Virus record (IMG/VR): IMGVR_UViG_2077657010_000001
Coordinates: 34,323-98,322 of that record
Length of the DNA: 64,000 bases
Direction: 5' to 3' (one strand)
DNA from: a virus
How positions within the stretch are numbered: the first letter of the stretch is position 1; the number at the start of each line of letters is the position of its first letter. The position numbers were made by a program, and so were the translations under genes. This document shows positions 59,070 through 64,000 of the stretch, in pieces. The notes under the pieces are model-generated. The model ran no database searches and had not been told where the DNA came from. It saw only the letters and a list, made by a program, of their open reading frames with translations.

Positions 59070-59393
59070 AAAGTATCAACGTGTAATTCAGTCATTCACT
59101 ACACTACAGCGACTGATGAGCCGCTGGGACATTGGCTTATAGTAAGCCATTGATTACATTTAATATTAAGTAGGCGTCCTCGTCTACACATCCCAATAAC
59201 GTGCGCATTTATACGACCGATCGTGGTCATCGCACGACGAGGACGTGCTCGCCTCACAGGTTCACTATATGTGGTCTCGCCTACTAAAGACCACAAAGAG
59301 GCTTCTATGTTATAAATATCATAAGTGCAGGACATCATTTTAGATGTGGAAAGTACACCAACAATGCCTGCAGATAATACAACAATATCCATA
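59032..59393 (-). ncRNA. Candidate structured ncRNA 1 (family unrecognised)
   Basis: Nine or more nested helices, a potential 8 nt pseudoknot, several G-U pairs favouring the minus strand, terminator at 3' end. Confidence 0.5.
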
Positions 59394-59428
59394 GGCCACC
59401 TCCACAATATATACGGTTATGTATTTTT

Positions 59429-60736
59429 TTAACTGTATATATTTGCAGATAATGCTCGCAGTAGTAGATACAACATGGTCGATGTACGTACTGAGGCAAT
59501 GGCAGTGTCTGCACGGAGAGTAGTATGCTTCTTCGCGTACTTCTCTAAGCGTTCACGTAGCTCCAATATAGTTTTATCTGATGAACGTGCTGCTGTATAA
59601 AGTGATTTCATTTTCCACAATATTCCACCAATATCGTTGAATCGGATACGTTCAGTTGAGATGTAATCAAAGGCATGTTGTAATGTCATGTCTATGATCT
59701 CTTCGATGTTTTGACGTTCCTTAACCGACTGCTCACGTGCCATTGCGGTCAATACATCAACAAGCGATTGACGTGATGTGGTTGACATGATGTCTAGGAT
59801 AACCTCAACCAACTCACGTTTAATGAAGCTGGACTCATTACCTGATACGTCGAGTAAGTAATTACGTGCGGTTGTGTACACGTTGGTGGTGTCACGTATG
59901 ATCATCTCACCGTCAACCATTGCGGTTGCAGAACGTGTTTCAATACGCGAATTATCATTACGTACTCTCTCAAGTACTTTGTAATGATCTTTTAATGACT
60001 TACGGATACGGGTTGAAATATCAGACAAGATATAAATGATCTCATCATCCGGACTGAAGTCATTGAACCCATCATAGTGAACGCTCTTACGGTCAATGAA
60101 AGACTCTGCACGCTGCCTTAACACCTCACCCCACGTACCATACTGTTTAATGGCGAACTTCATTGACAGCTGGCTATAGACCGCCTGTGCGGCTTCTTTA
60201 TCGACAAGCTTCTCAAACCAATGGCTGTATAATGATGTCATCAGTTTAAACTGCAACATGACAAGCGCTTCAATGGCTGATTTGTGTATGATAGGATCAC
60301 GCATATTCAACGTGGACATACATTTGTGCACATACCAGACTACTGACAAATTATAAACATCGCCCGTCACTTTCCAATCTTTTCCGATGCTGGGTACTTT
60401 TTCAATACAATCTTTGAGGTACTCTTCGTCGATTTCCAATACATCATCAAACCAGCGGTCTCTGTCTGTATCATAGAAAATGATGCGGTCAACGCCCATC
60501 AGGTTACCGCCAAAAAAGGAGGGGTTATCATCACGTGACGCGATGCTGTTGCTATAGCGTATCACACGTTTAGCCATTTTGGTGTCTGGCGTTACACCCC
60601 ACACGGCTTCATCAAATGCTTGGCCAATTGTAGGGTCTTTAATATCGTTAAAGTCTTCTAATGCAACATCGGGTGATGTATATGTGGGTTTAATTTTTAA
60701 TCTATTACTACGCAGTGGGAGATCATCATTTGACAT
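59429..60736 (-). CDS. Putative virion (head) protein, phiKZ gp32-like
   Basis: GGAG RBS; 435 aa helical; FFGGNLMGV motif; ALE protease-like site near N-terminus. Confidence 0.6.
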   Translation of the reverse strand: MSNDDLPLRSNRLKIKPTYTSPDVALEDFNDIKDPTIGQAFDEAVWGVTPDTKMAKRVIRYSNSIASRDDNPSFFGGNLMGVDRIIFYDTDRDRWFDDVLEIDEEYLKDCIEKVPSIGKDWKVTGDVYNLSVVWYVHKCMSTLNMRDPIIHKSAIEALVMLQFKLMTSLYSHWFEKLVDKEAAQAVYSQLSMKFAIKQYGTWGEVLRQRAESFIDRKSVHYDGFNDFSPDDEIIYILSDISTRIRKSLKDHYKVLERVRNDNSRIETRSATAMVDGEMIIRDTTNVYTTARNYLLDVSGNESSFIKRELVEVILDIMSTTSRQSLVDVLTAMAREQSVKERQNIEEIIDMTLQHAFDYISTERIRFNDIGGILWKMKSLYTAARSSDKTILELRERLEKYAKKHTTLRADTAIASVRTSTMLYLLLRALSANIYS

Positions 60737-60795
60737 GTTTATTTGCTCCGCATTTAAAAAAGGAATATGTCGACTAAGGTGTTAGTCAAATAAAG

Positions 60796-60818
60796 TTTAG
60801 GTATATGTCATTAACGTG
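60796..60818 (+). promoter_or_regulatory. Putative early promoter motif
   Basis: TTTAG-GTATATGTCAT-TAAC-GTG. Confidence 0.55.
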
Positions 60819-60852
60819 AACATAGGCAACTAAATTACTAAGGAGATTCACT

Positions 60853-61626
60853 ATGTATGCCCAAAAGCGTTCAACCTTTAATCGTAAATACAAAGACGGT
60901 CAGCTTGTAACATCGGCTGGTCGTGTTGAAGTAACACATGTACCTACAGGTGCGGCGTGCACTGTAGAACTGCTAGAAGACACAGCCATATTACGGAATG
61001 GCCGTATGACGCTCATTAACAATGAGTTGTCTGAAGTACTACATTTATGTGGCGCACAAGGTGATATCATCATTCACCACACTAAAATCAACTACGGGAT
61101 ACCTAAGTGGTTAACCTATAAGATTCACAACGAGCCGTTCAAGGAGTGGAAAGACGACATCGTCATTTACCTCACGGAGCCGCCCAAATGCCCACAATAT
61201 ATGGCCGAGAATCTACATGGTGTCAAAGTCATGGTATTGGAAAAAAGACAGCTCAAAGTAGAAGAGTTGACTGATGCCATTGTAGATAAATCTAAAAGTA
61301 TTTATTACGACGGGATGATTGTTAGTTGTAAGAACTTACAAGGAGAGGTGGAGAAGTTTCACTTCTTACCACAGCGCTATGCGCAAGGCCGTGTTGTAGA
61401 CATTGGGGAAGATTGGGTCATTGCTGAGGTTAAGCGTTCTGATGACGATCAACCCCACATTGTGAGGGTGCCATCATTATCCAATGCGGTGAGGAATTAT
61501 ATCGACAAAAATGAGAAAGACAACGTCATCGGTAGGATGTTGAAAGTACAATACACCTCATACATCCCAGGCGATCGTGTAGAGAACTTCTCATCCCCTG
61601 TCGCATTATTTATCATTAATCAATAG
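60853..61626 (+). CDS. Degenerate ATP-dependent DNA ligase-like protein
   Basis: Ligase-like ordered motifs (RNGR, QGDII, YDGMIV, IGRMLKVQY, FSSPV) but no KxDG. Confidence 0.45.
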   Translation: MYAQKRSTFNRKYKDGQLVTSAGRVEVTHVPTGAACTVELLEDTAILRNGRMTLINNELSEVLHLCGAQGDIIIHHTKINYGIPKWLTYKIHNEPFKEWKDDIVIYLTEPPKCPQYMAENLHGVKVMVLEKRQLKVEELTDAIVDKSKSIYYDGMIVSCKNLQGEVEKFHFLPQRYAQGRVVDIGEDWVIAEVKRSDDDQPHIVRVPSLSNAVRNYIDKNEKDNVIGRMLKVQYTSYIPGDRVENFSSPVALFIINQ

Positions 61627-61635
61627 GAGGCCAAC

Positions 61636-62055
61636 ATGGACCTTTCATTACGCTTTATTCGTAACGGTGACGTCGATGTTCGTCGCCGTAGTATCACTAT
61701 CATGAAACACCGTGACAGTGAGAGACCGATACTCTCTATGCAAGGTAAGCCTGAGTCGGGTGACTATGTCGCCCACCTTAGGTTGGCTGATGGCAAAGAG
61801 TTGCTGGTAAAGGCCAGCTCCGAATACGTATTCCGTCATTTGAGCCGACGTACGATCAAAAGCAACATCAACCAAGCCGTGGAGAAATACGGCGTGTCAG
61901 TGGTAGACTTCGGTCTACTGTATAACGATAATGGTGTTTATCACATTAACGGTAAACCAATCATGGTTGATGCTGATGACGAATCATCCAGTTTGGTGGT
62001 GCATTACTCTAACAAGCCAACCAACAAAAGCAGTTGGTTAGATAACCGTTTTTAA
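61636..62055 (+). CDS. Hypothetical protein
   Basis: AGGAGG RBS, 139 aa. Confidence 0.8.
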   Translation: MDLSLRFIRNGDVDVRRRSITIMKHRDSERPILSMQGKPESGDYVAHLRLADGKELLVKASSEYVFRHLSRRTIKSNINQAVEKYGVSVVDFGLLYNDNGVYHINGKPIMVDADDESSSLVVHYSNKPTNKSSWLDNRF

Positions 62056-62064
62056 GGAGTCGAA

Positions 62065-62334
62065 ATGGAAAGTGTCTATTGGAACCTGACAGAAAAGAAG
62101 CTGCCAGTAAAGACTGTAGGCCCGCTACCGAGCAACATCTCGGATGAACTGCACTTTGTATTACACGGTGGTGTTGCAAACAACACCATTCGTCTTGCAG
62201 AGATGATGGATATGGTCGGCGCAACACACGTTGTCGTCGACTATAATGTCTGTGATGACAGTGTACGGTATATCATCGATAACCTGAAGATCATCCGTCC
62301 AGGTGCGGTGATTGATGTCAATGACATCGTTTAA
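62065..62334 (+). CDS. Hypothetical protein
   Basis: AAGGAG RBS, 89 aa. Confidence 0.75.
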   Translation: MESVYWNLTEKKLPVKTVGPLPSNISDELHFVLHGGVANNTIRLAEMMDMVGATHVVVDYNVCDDSVRYIIDNLKIIRPGAVIDVNDIV

Positions 62335-62343
62335 CTATTGGCT

Positions 62344-62373
62344 AGAGTGTGGTAGACTCCACACTCTTTTTTT
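62344..62373 (+). terminator. Rho-independent terminator
   Basis: AGAGTGTGG-TAGACT-CCACACTCT plus T-run. Confidence 0.85.
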
Positions 62374-62395
62374 ATTTGTATCTAGGAGAACAACT

Positions 62396-62776
62396 ATGTC
62401 TTGGGAAGTACATTTCACGAACCTGCCGATTCAAGATGAATACGATGTTTGTGAGCATCTAAAGCATGCAAATACGGCACCACATATTGTCGGTGAAAAT
62501 GATTCGATGGGGCCAGTACATCGCATGGCAATGTGTCAGTCGTGTTATGACGAGCATGTGGCGAAACGTGATGCGGAACTAGAGCCTTGCCACGATTGCA
62601 ACACTTTATTACCTAACAGTAAGCTACACACATGGAAGTGGTATGAATTTGATCCACGTCAAGGCGATGAGCCGCTGTTAATCTGTGGCGTATGCTGGAA
62701 TATGGACAAACACCAGCAGCGCATCAAAGAGTCACGCAATGCTCGTATGATTGACAGTGAGGTCTATGGCGATTAA
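62396..62776 (+). CDS. Cys-rich zinc-finger-like protein
   Basis: AGGAG RBS at ATG62396; CEH, CQSC, CHDC, CGVC. Confidence 0.75.
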   Translation: MSWEVHFTNLPIQDEYDVCEHLKHANTAPHIVGENDSMGPVHRMAMCQSCYDEHVAKRDAELEPCHDCNTLLPNSKLHTWKWYEFDPRQGDEPLLICGVCWNMDKHQQRIKESRNARMIDSEVYGD

Positions 62777-62784
62777 AGGCAAAT

Positions 62785-62820
62785 AAAAAAAGGTACTGGG
62801 GAGGTTACCCTCCCCATACC
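62785..62820 (-). terminator. Rho-independent terminator (minus strand)
   Basis: Minus GGTATGGGGAGG-GTAA-CCTCCCCAGTACC plus T7. Confidence 0.8.
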
Positions 62821-63076
62821 ACCCGGTGAGACATTCCGGTTTACGAGTAGACGACTAATGGCAGAAGTCGTTTTACGTCGATAAACGATAGCTTGACTGG
62901 CAAGTGCTTGAGCATATCGTTATTAGGGGTTGGGGGGTGAGACACCGCGACCCCATGGGTGTATCGGAACCCGACAAAAAATCACCCCCCGTGTAGAAGT
63001 TTATAACAGCTTAGCTGACATGCTATCACGAATGGGAAATGAGCAAGAAACACATTCGTACTGTAACTTCTACATA
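62785..63076 (-). ncRNA. Candidate structured ncRNA 2 (family unrecognised)
   Basis: ORF-free ~290 nt of back-to-back helices; minus-strand TATG at the 5' edge and terminator at the 3' edge; no minus-strand gene upstream to explain the terminator. Confidence 0.6.
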
Positions 63077-63121
63077 ATAATAACCTACCTGTAAAAAATA
63101 CCATTAGTAAAGGAGTTTAAG

Positions 63122-63490
63122 ATGAGTGACGTACAAGTTAAAGATAAACCCACAATAGTGACAGTTGTGATGGGTGAAGTAACTGACAGTTTTGGTGTAG
63201 ATATACTCAATGGTGAGGTCATCACAACACGTGGTGATGAGGTGTGGGTATCAACACCAGAGGGTGTGATTGTAGGGCATCAAAAAGAAAACTATATCGT
63301 AGGTAAAGATGCATTCCCTATATTCATAGATGACGACATTCGTCACGATTGGTGTCAGTATGCTAAGATGTTACATGGTATAGATCTAACTGGTGTCAAA
63401 TCGGCGGGCGAGATAATGTACCAAGGCCTTGTCGATGAGGGGATTGTAAAAGCAGGGATAAAAGCGGCCAGGGTCTATGCCCTTAAATAA
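63122..63490 (+). CDS. Hypothetical protein, paralog of 1545..2090
   Basis: AAGGAG RBS; shared motif blocks. Confidence 0.8.
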   Translation: MSDVQVKDKPTIVTVVMGEVTDSFGVDILNGEVITTRGDEVWVSTPEGVIVGHQKENYIVGKDAFPIFIDDDIRHDWCQYAKMLHGIDLTGVKSAGEIMYQGLVDEGIVKAGIKAARVYALK

Positions 63491-63495
63491 AAAAG

Positions 63496-63546
63496 TTTCA
63501 GATATATATCATTAATGTGAAGAGAGAAGACAATCCCTCTTCACAT
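63496..63546 (+). promoter_or_regulatory. Putative early promoter plus 5' stem-loop, copy 2
   Basis: TTTCAGATATATATCATtaatGTGAAGAGAGAAGACAATCCCTCTTCACAT. Confidence 0.7.
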
Positions 63547-63569
63547 CATCATTAGTAAGGAGATTAGTT

Positions 63570-63944
63570 ATGAGAAAGTTACAGAATATCGTAATTGAAG
63601 CTGAATCTGTACTCAATACAATTCTACCAGTTATTGAATATAGCCCAGAATGGGCCAATGGTACAGGTTACCTTGATAATGCAGTTAAGGTCTCCATAGA
63701 AGTACCGTCCAAATTCTGGGATGATAAAAACCGTTTCGGGATTATCATTCCGCTAGGGGAGCGTGATAATCTGGTTGTCTTCGAGCGGTATAGTAACGGA
63801 GAAGACGACATCATTGTCTACAACGCCGCCACACGTTCTCCGTGGCGCAGTCTAATAGAGACCGCCATCGGCGGTCGTGTTGTGGCAGAAAAAGGTGAGC
63901 TCGTCACAGAGCTCATTGTAGCTATCACGCTACAAAACAAATAA
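63570..63944 (+). CDS. Hypothetical early protein
   Basis: TAAGGAG RBS, 124 aa. Confidence 0.8.
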   Translation: MRKLQNIVIEAESVLNTILPVIEYSPEWANGTGYLDNAVKVSIEVPSKFWDDKNRFGIIIPLGERDNLVVFERYSNGEDDIIVYNAATRSPWRSLIETAIGGRVVAEKGELVTELIVAITLQNK

Positions 63945-63950
63945 AAAACT

Positions 63951-63973
63951 GAGGGCTTCGGCCCTCTTTTTTT
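63951..63973 (+). terminator. Rho-independent terminator
   Basis: GAGGGC-TTCG-GCCCTC plus T7. Confidence 0.92.
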
Positions 63974-64000
63974 GCCTCAATGGAAAGTCGATCTCTCTCC

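Noticed and set aside
59113-59120. CTGATGAG resembling a hammerhead ribozyme core
   Set aside because: No GAAA follows the would-be stem II (GGC is followed by TTAT), and pairing evidence favours the opposite strand
62785-63076. tRNA, tmRNA or CRISPR interpretation of the structured gaps
   Set aside because: No TTCGA T-loop with CCA acceptor geometry and no regularly spaced direct repeats here or at 59032-59393

Overview
This 64 kb window is a segment of a phiKZ-like jumbo myovirus genome (Chimalliviridae-type; the host cannot be read from the sequence). Recognisable core genes: central-spike-like protein, SbcC/Rad50 ATPase, DEDDh exonuclease, RNase H, UvsX/RecA, split virion RNA polymerase subunits (beta N-terminal part, beta C-terminal part, DFDGD-bearing beta', and a likely gp176-like subunit), a 2245 aa tape-measure protein with a lytic transglycosylase domain, prohead protease, tail tube, tail sheath and large terminase. 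phiKZ gp numbers are assigned from remembered motifs and gene order, not from a database search. Accessory islands sit behind a recurring promoter-like motif, TTYRG-RYATATnTCAT-N4-RTG (7 copies). The most notable features not explained by the gene list are: two ~290-360 nt, highly structured, terminator-ended minus-strand regions (59032-59393 and 62785-63076) that look like undescribed ncRNAs; a 48 nt promoter+stem-loop element repeated 62 kb apart next to paralogous accessory genes; a polypyrimidine/hairpin intergenic locus (2967-3209); a DarG-like macrodomain plus a DUF488-NADAR pair (possible anti-DarTG kit); a signal-peptide-bearing paralog of the tail transglycosylase; and an apparently catalytically dead DNA-ligase fold. 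I saw no tRNA, rRNA, CRISPR array, intein or intron.
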